Part shown: positions 1 through 9,551 of the stretch, piece after piece | Layout of the letters: every line of letters begins with the position of its first letter | Position numbering within the stretch: the stretch's first letter is position 1 | From: a virus | Strand: one strand, 5' to 3' | Virus record (IMG/VR): IMGVR_UViG_3300012204_000001 | DNA length: 51,406 bases | Position numbers and translations under genes: made by a program | The notes under the pieces: generated by a model | Databases searched by the model: none | Seen by the model: the letters and a program-made list of their open reading frames with translations, nothing else | Told to the model about the DNA's origin: nothing

Positions 1-123
1 AGATGAAGAGAAGGAGACAGAAGAAGCGGTAGCAGTATAACCTCGACAAAAAAGAGGTGCAAAATGTCTCGTAAAATCTGGCTGTGGGCCTTGATTGGCT
101 TGCTGCTAACCAGCACAATGATG
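1..123. repeat. terminal direct repeat, left copy (circular assembly overlap)
   Basis: nt 1-123 read identical to nt 51284-51406, so the unit length is 51283 bp. The repeat carries the stop of the polymerase N-part and the start of ORF 64..309. Confidence 0.9.
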
Positions 124-309
124 CCACCAAGGAGCAATGCACAGGGTCGCTACTACGGAGGTGACCCAGAATGTTTCCTCGGGCCGTTTGGAATCGCCAT
201 CGGGCTCGCTGGGTTGGCTGGCTCCGGTGTCGGGTTCGTCGGTGCGGTCGCTGGATTCTTCGGACTCACAGCGTGGTGGTGGAGAACGGTGGCCGTATGC
301 CGTCGATAA
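64..309 (+). CDS. small secreted or membrane glycine-zipper protein (81 aa)
   Basis: GAGG-type RBS (aaaagaggtgcaaaATG). N-terminal signal-like hydrophobic segment ending AQG, then a GxxxG-rich segment GIAIGLAGLAGSGVGFVGAVAGFFG. No family recognised. Confidence 0.5.
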   Translation: MSRKIWLWALIGLLLTSTMMPPRSNAQGRYYGGDPECFLGPFGIAIGLAGLAGSGVGFVGAVAGFFGLTAWWWRTVAVCRR

Positions 310-407
310 ACGAACTGGTCGCGACCTGGGCATTACCTGTCGGAGGCGCCGTGGTATTGCTCGGCCTGATCTACGAGTTGCGCCGTCGCCGTCGGCGTGA
401 GCGATAA
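297..407 (+). CDS. 36-aa single-TM peptide with poly-Arg tail
   Basis: Found by hand in the frame of track ORF 171..407: MPSINELVATWALPVGGAVVLLGLIYELRRRRRRER. The ATG overlaps the end of ORF 64..309. The stop overlaps GTG 397 of the polymerase C-part. Confidence 0.3.
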   Translation: MPSINELVATWALPVGGAVVLLGLIYELRRRRRRER

Positions 408-1284
408 TAAGAAAATGCCTGAGCGAACGAAGGGGATCGAGAAGATACCAATTCGTAGCATGGTCATCGCACCGCCTGGCAAGCGGCTTGTACTCTTCGA
501 CCTCGCTCAGGCAGAAAGTTGGGTCGTCGCATATCTTGCTAATGAGCAGAACATGAAGCAAGCTCTGCATTTCGGCGACCTTCACAAGCAGACGGCCAAG
601 GAAGCTCTCTTCAAGTATTCCGACGACAAATGGGATGGGATGCCCAAAAATGACCAAAAGACTGCCAGATACGTCGGAAAGCGATACAATCACGCAACAG
701 CATATCGCATGGGTCCTGGAAGAGCTTGCGAAGTCATTAACAAGGATTCCGACAAACCTCCATTTGTTACAGTTACTCATGCGGAGTCGAAGGTCTTTTA
801 CCAAGCATGGCACGACTACTATGATATACAAGGCTGGTGGCGTGAAATTGAGTATCAGCTCTCGCAAACACATACTCTCCGCACGCCTTATGGTCGAATT
901 AGATATTTCTTCGCACCCTGGGGAAACGAACTCTTCAAAGAAGCCACAGCCCATGTCCCACAGTCAACGGTAGCGGATCACCTGAACGGCGCCGTGCAAG
1001 ATGAAGTAGGAGTCGAAGGAGGATTGATCGTAGTCGATAAGCAGTTTGTGCAAACTGGAATTATCAGCATCATCAATCAGTCCCACGACAGTATCCTGTT
1101 CGAGGTCGATGACGCAATCACAGCTGAGATCTGCGAACAGGTTCACAGACTTCTACTCCGTCCAATGGTCATCAACGATGAAGAATTTACTATCCCCGTT
1201 GACTGTGAAATTGGCGTCCGCTGGGGCGAGCTTGAAGAACAACATCGTGAAGTGGGCTCGTACGATATCAAGTTCGCGGCTTAA
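397..1284 (+). CDS. family A DNA polymerase, C-terminal part (palm/fingers, motifs A-C)
   Basis: Motif A-like FDLAQAESWVVA (cf DYSQIELR), motif B-like RYVGKRYNHATAYRMG, motif C-like SHDSILFEV. Start is GTG 397 or ATG 415. It continues the N-part that stops at 51323 (nt 40 of the circle). Confidence 0.85.
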   Translation: MSDNKKMPERTKGIEKIPIRSMVIAPPGKRLVLFDLAQAESWVVAYLANEQNMKQALHFGDLHKQTAKEALFKYSDDKWDGMPKNDQKTARYVGKRYNHATAYRMGPGRACEVINKDSDKPPFVTVTHAESKVFYQAWHDYYDIQGWWREIEYQLSQTHTLRTPYGRIRYFFAPWGNELFKEATAHVPQSTVADHLNGAVQDEVGVEGGLIVVDKQFVQTGIISIINQSHDSILFEVDDAITAEICEQVHRLLLRPMVINDEEFTIPVDCEIGVRWGELEEQHREVGSYDIKFAA

Positions 1285-1309
1285 GCCTTGGTTCTGGCGC
1301 ACACGAGAG

Positions 1310-1561
1310 ATGCAGGGAACAGTCATTCCGTTTCCATTCGGTTACGCATGGCATGACTGGGATCGAGATGCGTTGCTGTTCATCTGGATTCCATTCAACA
1401 AGCTCTTTGCATGGTGGAAACAGTTTGAGCTGTGGATACGTTTTGGCCGATGGGATGATGTAGTTCAACAAGCGTATCGCGCTGGTTACAATAAAGGACG
1501 TGATGATTATGATAGACGCGAAGCCGAGTGGAGCCGCTTTGTGAAAGCTAATAAGCCTTGA
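1310..1561 (+). CDS. hypothetical protein (83 aa, aromatic-rich)
   Basis: ATG 1310 in the frame of track ORF 1046..1561, directly after the polymerase stop. No family recognised. Confidence 0.5.
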   Translation: MQGTVIPFPFGYAWHDWDRDALLFIWIPFNKLFAWWKQFELWIRFGRWDDVVQQAYRAGYNKGRDDYDRREAEWSRFVKANKP

Positions 1562-1586
1562 CTTCCTCCGTGGAAAGTGTTATATT
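1558..1586 (+). promoter_or_regulatory. sigma70-type promoter with extended -10
   Basis: TTGACT (1558-1563), 17-nt spacer, TATATT (1581-1586) preceded by TGT. It has the same GTGTTATATT block as the promoters at 32647, 34525 and 35925. Confidence 0.6.
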
Positions 1587-1589
1587 ACC

Positions 1590-2051
1590 ATGCGAATTTT
1601 CGTGTCAGGTCCTATGACGAGTGGACCATCATATGAACGGAACCTGCGTCGTGCTTATGATGCTGCTGGCATCTTGTTAAAGTGCGAACAGCTTCCGTTT
1701 GTTCCACACCTGTACACTCATATCGACATCATCCACCCACAGACTTACGAGCAGTGGATGATGGTAACTCAGGGGTTCATTACCGCGTGTCACGCACTCT
1801 ATAGGATTCCAGGTGAATCCAGCGGCGCAGATCGTGAAGTCGAATACGCGCTCCAACACCACATCATCGTGTATCACAGTATGAAAGCCTTACTCACCTG
1901 GGCAAATGTCGAACCAAAGAAAGTGCGACAACTGGCTGCTGACATTCAGAGACTGGAGTCTCCCGAGGTCAGAAGCGCCGGAATCATATCATCTGTGGGC
2001 GGGACTCTTCACCATGGCGTCAGTGTTGAAACGCCGAGTGAGGGTGCCTAA
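1590..2051 (+). CDS. nucleoside 2-deoxyribosyltransferase-like protein (DUF4406-like)
   Basis: N-terminus MRIFVSGPMTSG and RIPGESSGADREVEYA fit the DUF4406 pattern (MKIYIaGPMtG ... S.G...E). No SD upstream. The last 146 nt overlap the next ORF. Confidence 0.65.
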   Translation: MRIFVSGPMTSGPSYERNLRRAYDAAGILLKCEQLPFVPHLYTHIDIIHPQTYEQWMMVTQGFITACHALYRIPGESSGADREVEYALQHHIIVYHSMKALLTWANVEPKKVRQLAADIQRLESPEVRSAGIISSVGGTLHHGVSVETPSEGA

Positions 2052-3144
2052 GAAACTACTTGGTGGTTGGGAAGTGAGTCCTACGCTATACATAGTTTTC
2101 GTTGGTCCTCCCGGCGGCCCTCGAAAGTCAACGTCTGCGAACTACAGTGAAGATCTGCTCAGTGAAATTCCAGTCGTAGAACGGGTCGCAACTTCAATCA
2201 CTAAAGAAAATTTGTTGAAGAAACTCTCAGAGATTGATGACTCCTCTCTGAGCATCTTTTCGAGCGAATTCGCGATGTTCATACAAAAAAGCGGATTCGA
2301 TATGTACGATGTACTCACGCATCTTTTCGATGCCAATAGGGATGTCTCGGTGGAAACCCTTGGCCGCGGGTTGGATTTTGCTGAGAAGCCCTGTGTTAAT
2401 CTTTTGGCCTGTACTACCCCTGACTGGATCTCGAATAATATGCCGGAGCATGTCATCGGGGGAGGATTTGCGTCTCGTGTTATCTTCGTGTTTGAGGAAG
2501 AAGTGCGTCGTCGCCAGCTCTATTATAACAAGCTGGGACTTGACTACGAGCGTATGAAGCAAATGCGTCTCGATCTGATTGACGATCTACTTCACCTAGC
2601 GAAGGATGTGGCAGGAGACTTCGAGATTGAATCTTCTGAAACAGAGGAATACATGGAGGCGTGGTATCGGGAAGTCGCTAGAAAGGCAGGTTCGATTGGT
2701 GAGAATTACAGAATGCGCGGATACATGGAGCGCAAACCAGCTCACGTCCACAAGCTCGCAATGCTACTCCATCTTGCTTACTCTGATGAGCTTGTGCTTA
2801 CTAAGGATGATTTCGATGGAGCTATCGCTATCTTGGACGATCTCGAACAGAAGATGCCACGGACGTTCTCGAATATCGGCAAGAACCCTTACGCCGTAGA
2901 CATGAACAGGATGTTGGAATGGATTGCGCGGCGGAGAGAAGTGACGAAGCGAGACCTCAAAGCAAACTTTTATCAATCAGCTGATCCAAGAAAGCTTGAA
3001 GAGTTGATTCAAGGGTTGATTGATATGGGGAAAATCAAGATGTACGTGGACGAAGAAGATCCCTACAACCAAGGGAAAACAAAACTTGTTTACTCCTTTC
3101 CAAAAGCTGCGTCTACTCAGTCTGGCGAATCCCGAAGCTCCTGA
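1906..3144 (+). CDS. P-loop NTPase, DUF3987/VirE-like putative replicative helicase
   Basis: 412 aa. Walker A-like VGPPGGPRKST, Walker B-like RVIFVFEEE. The N-terminal W..L....AP..YH.W pattern resembles phage DUF3987 proteins. Assigned from motif memory only. Confidence 0.65.
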   Translation: MSNQRKCDNWLLTFRDWSLPRSEAPESYHLWAGLFTMASVLKRRVRVPKKLLGGWEVSPTLYIVFVGPPGGPRKSTSANYSEDLLSEIPVVERVATSITKENLLKKLSEIDDSSLSIFSSEFAMFIQKSGFDMYDVLTHLFDANRDVSVETLGRGLDFAEKPCVNLLACTTPDWISNNMPEHVIGGGFASRVIFVFEEEVRRRQLYYNKLGLDYERMKQMRLDLIDDLLHLAKDVAGDFEIESSETEEYMEAWYREVARKAGSIGENYRMRGYMERKPAHVHKLAMLLHLAYSDELVLTKDDFDGAIAILDDLEQKMPRTFSNIGKNPYAVDMNRMLEWIARRREVTKRDLKANFYQSADPRKLEELIQGLIDMGKIKMYVDEEDPYNQGKTKLVYSFPKAASTQSGESRSS

Positions 3145-6100
3145 AAAAGGCACCGACAGGATCGCCACCGTTTATCATGATGTCAGCACCCTCATAAATA
3201 TCACGGATCAGATATGACCCAGGAACAGTCAGCATCGGAGCCTTCAAGAGCTGAGCTTTCGCTTCAGCCTGCTGCTTATCGGAGCCCGACAGATATTGTT
3301 GTCCCGTTCCTATTAGACCTGCTGCAGGACCTCCGCGAAAACCAAGCGCGCCGGGAACAAGATACCACGACGATAGATTTAGACCCAGCGCGGCTGAAGC
3401 AAGTGCTAGACTTGATTGGGTCATTGCAAATCTCGTCATCACGCCAGCTCTTTCTCGCGCAGTTCCTCTACTCGCAAGACGCATTAGCTGCGAGCGTGCC
3501 CATACAGGCCAGGACCCAAATTGTCCTAATATGCGTCCTGTATTTGTTCCCCAGCCCAGGGGATGATTTGCTAGGCCAAATACAGAAACTGTCTCGTATG
3601 ATGTGGCCTTTCCTAGGAAATCAGCCGCTTCCCTGAAACGCCCCTCCCTAACTAGCTGATCGAAGAACTGCTGAACTGGTGGATCGTAGGAGTTCATGAA
3701 CAGTTTATCGTAAGCCTTAACTTTCGCGGCGTCACCTGCTCCATACGATCCTCCCTCCATCTTACCAATCTCCTTCAAGGCACGAGTATACGTCTCTAAG
3801 TACACTGCGGAGTGTGCCCACTGGTAGATCGTGTGCTGTAGCCCCCACTTGATTCCTGCCTCACCCGTTTTCTGAATGAACTCACGAACTGGCTGCGTCC
3901 GTCCTGAAATCGAGTTAGCAAGACGTTCCTGTGGAGTTACGATGTTAATGGCTCCCATCGTTGGTATCTGACCTTCTCTCGTAAGCGCAGCACCTGTACT
4001 TTCTCCAGGCACAACTTCCTTGATGATCTTCGCAGCTTTCAGATCGTCCGGCGTTACTCTCGCCATTTGTGTGAGCATGGCTGCTGTCCGACGCTCACCG
4101 AACCGCGAGTAATACAAGGAAATAAGATTATGAAAATCTCTGATTCCTTGCATCGGACGGAAGCCAATGGTCGCAGATGACGTGAGAGACAAGAACGTGT
4201 TAACTAGATCTCTTCTCGTGTCCACAGAACTCTTGACCCCGAGCCGTTCGAGCATTCCATTGAGTGTCTTCTGCGCCCACTTGGATGTATCGTGTGGCAC
4301 TCCACGAAGCTGATCAATGTAATCATTGACGATGATCTTGCGAATCATCTCACGCTCAGGCAGGCGCGCAGTAGCTTCGTTTACATAATCGTATGCTTTC
4401 TCAAGTGCCTGTTTGGTGTACAGATTGTTATAGCCAGAATTCGTGTAGCGAACTGCTACATTGATCGGATCACGATCGAACTCGTCCATTTCTCCGGTTC
4501 GCAATAGCTCTGATGTGAAAACCGGCGCATTATCCCGACCTACAAAGATCACATCATCCTTGTAGATTCGGAGGTGTGGCATATAACCCTGAAGCTGTTG
4601 CTCCTCAGGAATGTTGAACTTCGGTGCAATTTGCTTATAGTATGACTTCAGCTCGTCGTACACCTTTCTCTGTTGAGGCGTGAACTTCTCGCGCTGCATG
4701 TACGCTTCAGGCTCTAGCGTTCCACCAGCAATCGCGTCCGCGAGTCTGACGATGCCATAGATAGAAAGCTCACCAGGCTTATTAATCGCTAAGACGCGAC
4801 CGAGAACACGAGCAGCTTCAAGATGATTCTCGTCCATGTTCAAGTTGACTTGCAGTCTCTTAACTGCTTCGTCAACTCGTGGACCAGTATCTCCCATCCG
4901 ACGCTCGAGATTCTTGAGACCGCGATAGTAAGCAAACGCTTTCTTCACGTCAATCTGATGATCAGCAAACCAACGTGCGCCAGCAATCTCTTTGTCTGTG
5001 AATCCACGCTTGAATAGTCCAGTTCCAGCCTTCACCATCTCTTCAGCTGATCGCGTTTCGAGAGCAGAAGTAATGGCATCGTACTGGTCAGGCTTCAATC
5101 CTTTTGCGAGCCGCGAAATCCCAGCGATGCGCCGCATATCCTCGTGCATGAAAGCATACTTGCGACGGAACGCTTCCTGTAGAGGATGCCAGACTTGCGA
5201 ATTGAACTGCGTACCTAGCTGAGAGTCAAGCGCGATCATCACCTCTCGCGGTTTAGTAACCAGTCTTCCCGGTAGAGTGGTATTGAACCAGTGACGAAAC
5301 TGCGCAAGTGGACCATCTTTCTGGTAATTGAAGGTCGAGGTGTGAGGACCATTGGGATCAGGCTGGGGAGCAATCAGTCCCTTAGCCACACCAGGAGGCA
5401 CACCGTTGTCACCGATCAAGTCAGTGCCCATCGCTTGATCAGCTGTGTTAACGAAATTCTTGGCTTCCTCCGAAGTTAGGAAGTGTCCGAGTTGCGTTCC
5501 AGTCTGCGCATCTCTGACAAAAATAGAGCCGTTCGCTCTCTCGACATACATACCGTTTGTGGTTGCCAGTTGAGAGAGTTCACCGGCGAGTTCTTTAGGA
5601 TAGCTGCGAGCCTCTGCAACCATGCCCTCGTAAGCAATACGTTCGTTCGGTGATAGTGACTGATTCCTAAGTTCTTCTCCGTAGCGATCACCGAGAAACT
5701 TGAAGAGTCCTGGGAGGTTCTCTGGCTGTTCATGTTTCGTGCTCGCATATTCCTCGACCAACTGTCGAAAAGTTCTGTTGACTGGACCATCAGCACCTTC
5801 AGGAGTTCGCAGACGAATGAACTTCCTGAAGTCCTCATACAGTCCTCTCTTAACATCTTCCTTCGTAATCTCAAAGGGATTCGCCATCACATCGAAGCCG
5901 CGACGAAGATGATCGAGTCCTACCTCGACTTCTGCGCCGTGTGCGTCCTTGATGATATGTCCTTCGAGATTACCCTTGGAGCTTAGAACCGGACGTTCGT
6001 ATGTATACTCGTTTCCGAGGAAATGGACTGGTTGTTCTGGTAGGAAGCCAGATACCTCAAAGAACGCCTTTGACTGTAGATCGGTGGGCGGATTCACCAT

Positions 6101-7417
6101 GATGTCATACAGACCATCAGAGCGTTTATGCGTGATGAAGTCGCCGTGCTCAGCTTCTGCCAACGCCATTGTTCTAATACGATCAGTCGTCAGAGCTGGA
6201 ATGACGGCACCCTCATTCAAATTTCTGGCTGTGCGAATCGCAGCAGTAGCCAAGTCTTTACTCGTCGCCATGTTGTAGAATGATTCGTTTGCTCTTCTTA
6301 TATTCACTCCTTCTGTGTATTGATTCTGTCTAATCAGTGATAAATCCTGAGCCTGAGCTGCTGCATCAGCGATCGGACCAAGGCTAGTCTTATTGGCTCC
6401 CTTGATTGCCTCGAAAGCTAACCCAGCGGGAATCGCCATCAGAGCATATGAGGCAGCTAGATCACGGCGCTCCTTGTTATCAGTACCTGAGAGGAATCCC
6501 ATGACAGCACCACCAGCGGCACCCTCATGAATACCAGTAACTACTTTCCCAAGCACTGTGTTCTCTACTTGCACAGCGCGAGGAAGCGTGGTACGGAGAA
6601 TATTCAGCTCCGCGTCGGTCATCGTCTCTCGTGCTCCAGCACGGAGAAACTCACGACCAACTCGCATCTCCGCCGAGATCCTGCCCATTGCACCGCCAAC
6701 GAGTAGACCTGCGACGTTAGCAACAGTCTCCCTCGTGTACTGCTCTTTCTCCTCCGGAAGTAGGAAACCTCCTGGCGTAGTCTTATCCATAACCAACGAG
6801 ACAGGTTGCGCCACGAGGTTATAGAAGAAGTGTGGAATCCCTAAGACTAAGCTCTTCGCAGTCTCAATCGGATGCGCAGCTGGAGCACCGACACCGAAGC
6901 CTGAATCATCTGACTGATCGAATTCAACTAAGCTCCTATTCGTGAACAAGCGCATGTTAAGGAGCTTGCCTTGGATGCGATCCTTCCAGTCTTCTGAGAT
7001 AGGACTGATCGTAGAGCGCGTCGCCAGCTCTTGAGCGCGTATCTGCTCCGCCGACCCCTGATACTCCCCACGCTTGCGTTCGAGATATTGACGACGTGAT
7101 TCCCCAGGTAGAATGTCACGTTGAGGACCCTCCGGCAATGGTTCCAGCGGTGCTGGTCTAGCTTCAGGAACCGCCTTTGTTTCATCCGCCGTGAACTGAG
7201 CAACACCGCCAAACGATGGAAGTTGTGTTGGTTCACCCATGCTTCCAATCAATTTATTGGCGGTCGTATGTGCTACAGATCCACCGAACAGATCATCGTC
7301 AGAGACGGGAGATTGATTAGTTGGAATCTCGGGTTTAGCCGTTAAAGAAGAGGTACCCGAGGGTCCGAAGAGATCATCATCGGAAACGGGAGATTGTGGA
7401 TCGCGAGGATCTTGCAT
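3113..7417 (-). CDS. giant virion protein (1434 aa), putative internal core/ejection protein
   Basis: Largest ORF and last gene of the late arm. No catalytic motif recognised. Position and size match T7 gp16-type proteins (inference). The N-terminus carries a duplicated QSPVSDDDLFG motif. Confidence 0.8.
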   Translation of the reverse strand: MQDPRDPQSPVSDDDLFGPSGTSSLTAKPEIPTNQSPVSDDDLFGGSVAHTTANKLIGSMGEPTQLPSFGGVAQFTADETKAVPEARPAPLEPLPEGPQRDILPGESRRQYLERKRGEYQGSAEQIRAQELATRSTISPISEDWKDRIQGKLLNMRLFTNRSLVEFDQSDDSGFGVGAPAAHPIETAKSLVLGIPHFFYNLVAQPVSLVMDKTTPGGFLLPEEKEQYTRETVANVAGLLVGGAMGRISAEMRVGREFLRAGARETMTDAELNILRTTLPRAVQVENTVLGKVVTGIHEGAAGGAVMGFLSGTDNKERRDLAASYALMAIPAGLAFEAIKGANKTSLGPIADAAAQAQDLSLIRQNQYTEGVNIRRANESFYNMATSKDLATAAIRTARNLNEGAVIPALTTDRIRTMALAEAEHGDFITHKRSDGLYDIMVNPPTDLQSKAFFEVSGFLPEQPVHFLGNEYTYERPVLSSKGNLEGHIIKDAHGAEVEVGLDHLRRGFDVMANPFEITKEDVKRGLYEDFRKFIRLRTPEGADGPVNRTFRQLVEEYASTKHEQPENLPGLFKFLGDRYGEELRNQSLSPNERIAYEGMVAEARSYPKELAGELSQLATTNGMYVERANGSIFVRDAQTGTQLGHFLTSEEAKNFVNTADQAMGTDLIGDNGVPPGVAKGLIAPQPDPNGPHTSTFNYQKDGPLAQFRHWFNTTLPGRLVTKPREVMIALDSQLGTQFNSQVWHPLQEAFRRKYAFMHEDMRRIAGISRLAKGLKPDQYDAITSALETRSAEEMVKAGTGLFKRGFTDKEIAGARWFADHQIDVKKAFAYYRGLKNLERRMGDTGPRVDEAVKRLQVNLNMDENHLEAARVLGRVLAINKPGELSIYGIVRLADAIAGGTLEPEAYMQREKFTPQQRKVYDELKSYYKQIAPKFNIPEEQQLQGYMPHLRIYKDDVIFVGRDNAPVFTSELLRTGEMDEFDRDPINVAVRYTNSGYNNLYTKQALEKAYDYVNEATARLPEREMIRKIIVNDYIDQLRGVPHDTSKWAQKTLNGMLERLGVKSSVDTRRDLVNTFLSLTSSATIGFRPMQGIRDFHNLISLYYSRFGERRTAAMLTQMARVTPDDLKAAKIIKEVVPGESTGAALTREGQIPTMGAINIVTPQERLANSISGRTQPVREFIQKTGEAGIKWGLQHTIYQWAHSAVYLETYTRALKEIGKMEGGSYGAGDAAKVKAYDKLFMNSYDPPVQQFFDQLVREGRFREAADFLGKATSYETVSVFGLANHPLGWGTNTGRILGQFGSWPVWARSQLMRLASRGTARERAGVMTRFAMTQSSLALASAALGLNLSSWYLVPGALGFRGGPAAGLIGTGQQYLSGSDKQQAEAKAQLLKAPMLTVPGSYLIRDIYEGADIMINGGDPVGAFFRSFGIRQTE

Positions 7418-8844
7418 TACTCCTCCTCTTCGCTCGTGCTGTCAGGCCCTTGTGCTTCAATGTAGTCTGTAAGTCCAGCACCTTGCAAGGTTCTGGTAGT
7501 GGTCGATCCGTCTCCACCACGAGCCCGTTCTGCCGTATACATCCGAGTTGCTTCCGCCTCCTTTGCATCATCAGAGAGTGAATTCAACCATGCTCCTTTC
7601 TGACGCATCACAGGAGTTAACTGACTGTCAGCCACAGCACGTCCATCCTGCGTAAACGGATTCGGTGTGCTCGACAACAGCACACTCGGATCTGGTGTGA
7701 TGTTACCTTGTTTATCCTGGAACAAGATGCGAGTCTTGTGGTATGGCGGCAATTCCCAAGCCCAACCAGGACCCTGAGCAACTGCGGTCCATGTAGTATC
7801 ACCACTTTCCTTGAGCGCCGCGTTAATGTCAGCAGCAGCTTTCTGCGCGTTCTCGGGACGAACCTTAACGTCCTTTTTGGGATTGTTCACAGCATCTAGA
7901 ACAGGGGAGATAGTTCTCCAAAGCCGTTGTTTACGCTGGATGCCTTTGTCAGCTCCAGTGTCTTTCAAGAACTGTTCAGCTTGCTTCATGTCCTCGTCAG
8001 ACGGGGGTGGACCACCCTCGTACTGCTCGCCCCAGAGCTTCTGGTAGAAAGCAGAGAAGGGAACAGAGCCACCGGAAAGACGAGTGAGATCGGAAGCAAC
8101 ACCGAAACGTGCGCGTGCCTGCCAGTCGTCTAGCTTCTTACCAGCTCTGAGCAAACGCATTCTCATCTCTTCTTCTTTATTCTGTGCAATCATGTGCAGC
8201 GCGAACTTCGTTCCAGCCTCTGTCTCTGGATTCACGACACCACCAGAGAGGTCAGCAATGCTGATCGTACCAGCCACGACCTTATCAGCAAGCGAAGTAG
8301 GTGTCTCGTTCTTTAGCGTCGCGCCACGTTTGAAGGCTGCGAGTTGTGCTGTCTCCTCAGCTGCTTTGATGCCGGTTGGAAGGCCAAGTTTCTCTCTGAC
8401 TGCACGTTGAAAAGCAACGGGGTCTTTTTGGAGAAGATCTACACCACCAGTACTCATCCACTTGGCGAGAGTATCAGTGGCTACTTGACCTTCCGTCAAT
8501 CCTGTCGCTTCACGCGAGACAGCTTCGCGGCGCGCTGCTCCTGGCTTCGTGAGAGCTTCCTCGGTTCCAGGCTGAAGCACACGCTCCTTCATACCAGCAA
8601 TGGACTCCTGCATTCCGGACAGCAGATCCGTTGCACGCTCGTTAAAGCCAAACGCCTTCAGCGTTCCTGGGTTGGCCTTCTCGACATCGACCATCTTCTG
8701 CATCAGCTCAGGCTTCTGCAAGAAGAGTAGCTTTGCCTGCTGATTAAACTGCGCGTTTGGCTGAATCAGGTTTCCGATGGCAGATGCAAGCTTGCCAAGG
8801 TCCTCTCCTACGTCGCCGCCAACGAATGGAATAGTCATCGTCAA
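7417..8844 (-). CDS. virion protein (475 aa), putative internal core protein
   Basis: Long ORF whose stop overlaps the start of the 1434-aa gene. Helix-rich, charged composition. Function inferred from position only. Confidence 0.7.
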   Translation of the reverse strand: MTMTIPFVGGDVGEDLGKLASAIGNLIQPNAQFNQQAKLLFLQKPELMQKMVDVEKANPGTLKAFGFNERATDLLSGMQESIAGMKERVLQPGTEEALTKPGAARREAVSREATGLTEGQVATDTLAKWMSTGGVDLLQKDPVAFQRAVREKLGLPTGIKAAEETAQLAAFKRGATLKNETPTSLADKVVAGTISIADLSGGVVNPETEAGTKFALHMIAQNKEEEMRMRLLRAGKKLDDWQARARFGVASDLTRLSGGSVPFSAFYQKLWGEQYEGGPPPSDEDMKQAEQFLKDTGADKGIQRKQRLWRTISPVLDAVNNPKKDVKVRPENAQKAAADINAALKESGDTTWTAVAQGPGWAWELPPYHKTRILFQDKQGNITPDPSVLLSSTPNPFTQDGRAVADSQLTPVMRQKGAWLNSLSDDAKEAEATRMYTAERARGGDGSTTTRTLQGAGLTDYIEAQGPDSTSEEEE

Positions 8845-9551
8845 GCTCCGATGTAACCGGCGAGAGATGGATTACCCATTCCAGTGCCACCAAACTGGTA
8901 ATTGGAGCCGGGGAAGAAGTTCCAGTTCTGTGCTGCCTGACCGAAGTTGAGTGGTTGACCACCATATACGTTGGGATTCGTGACCCCTCCTGTCGCAATA
9001 TCGCCGGAAGGTGCTCCTGGGATTCCGCCGCCAAATCCACCAGTGAAGAATGGAGCGGCTGCGCCAGCAAGTCCTGTAACAGCTCCCAAGGCTTGCCCAA
9101 ACCCAGTCTTCTGCTGCACCAACTGTCTCGGAGCGATTCCCAACTTCGAGAGATCACCGAACTGTGCGAGCAGAGGTAACGCAGCAGATAACTGAAGCTG
9201 CCCCAAGGCAGTTGTCAGTTTTGGTGCTGTCTCAGAGCGAAGCAACGACTCTCCGAACGCAGCAGGCGTTCCATATGCCGTTCCACCACCAGCTCCGAAC
9301 CTTGAGCGAAGTGAGTTCACATCTCGCTCGCCCTGTTTCGAGATGATGTCCTGAATCGCCTTACCTTGCTGTCCGTTGGGATTGAGTAATCCCTGAAGGA
9401 CTTGCATCACTCCCATCGTAGAGCCGCCAGCGTTCGGAGAACCTGCCGTGCCCATTCCTCCGCCGTTGATGAGAGATTGCAAGGCGCTGACATAAGAGTC
9501 AGCCAACCCTGTTGCTGGCCCTCCCCCCAACTCCTTCGTTTTGGCTGTCAT
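8841..9551 (-). CDS. Gly-rich virion protein (236 aa)
   Basis: GGAG 6 nt upstream of ATG 9551. Gly/Ala/Gln-rich low-complexity protein. ATGA overlap with the next gene. Confidence 0.65.
   Translation of the reverse strand: MTAKTKELGGGPATGLADSYVSALQSLINGGGMGTAGSPNAGGSTMGVMQVLQGLLNPNGQQGKAIQDIISKQGERDVNSLRSRFGAGGGTAYGTPAAFGESLLRSETAPKLTTALGQLQLSAALPLLAQFGDLSKLGIAPRQLVQQKTGFGQALGAVTGLAGAAAPFFTGGFGGGIPGAPSGDIATGGVTNPNVYGGQPLNFGQAAQNWNFFPGSNYQFGGTGMGNPSLAGYIGA

Noticed and set aside
106-954. 282-aa minus-strand ORF
   Set aside because: It is antisense to the glycine-zipper ORF and the polymerase C-part, which carry clear motifs. It is Cys/Arg/Ser-rich with no RBS, so it is a shadow ORF.
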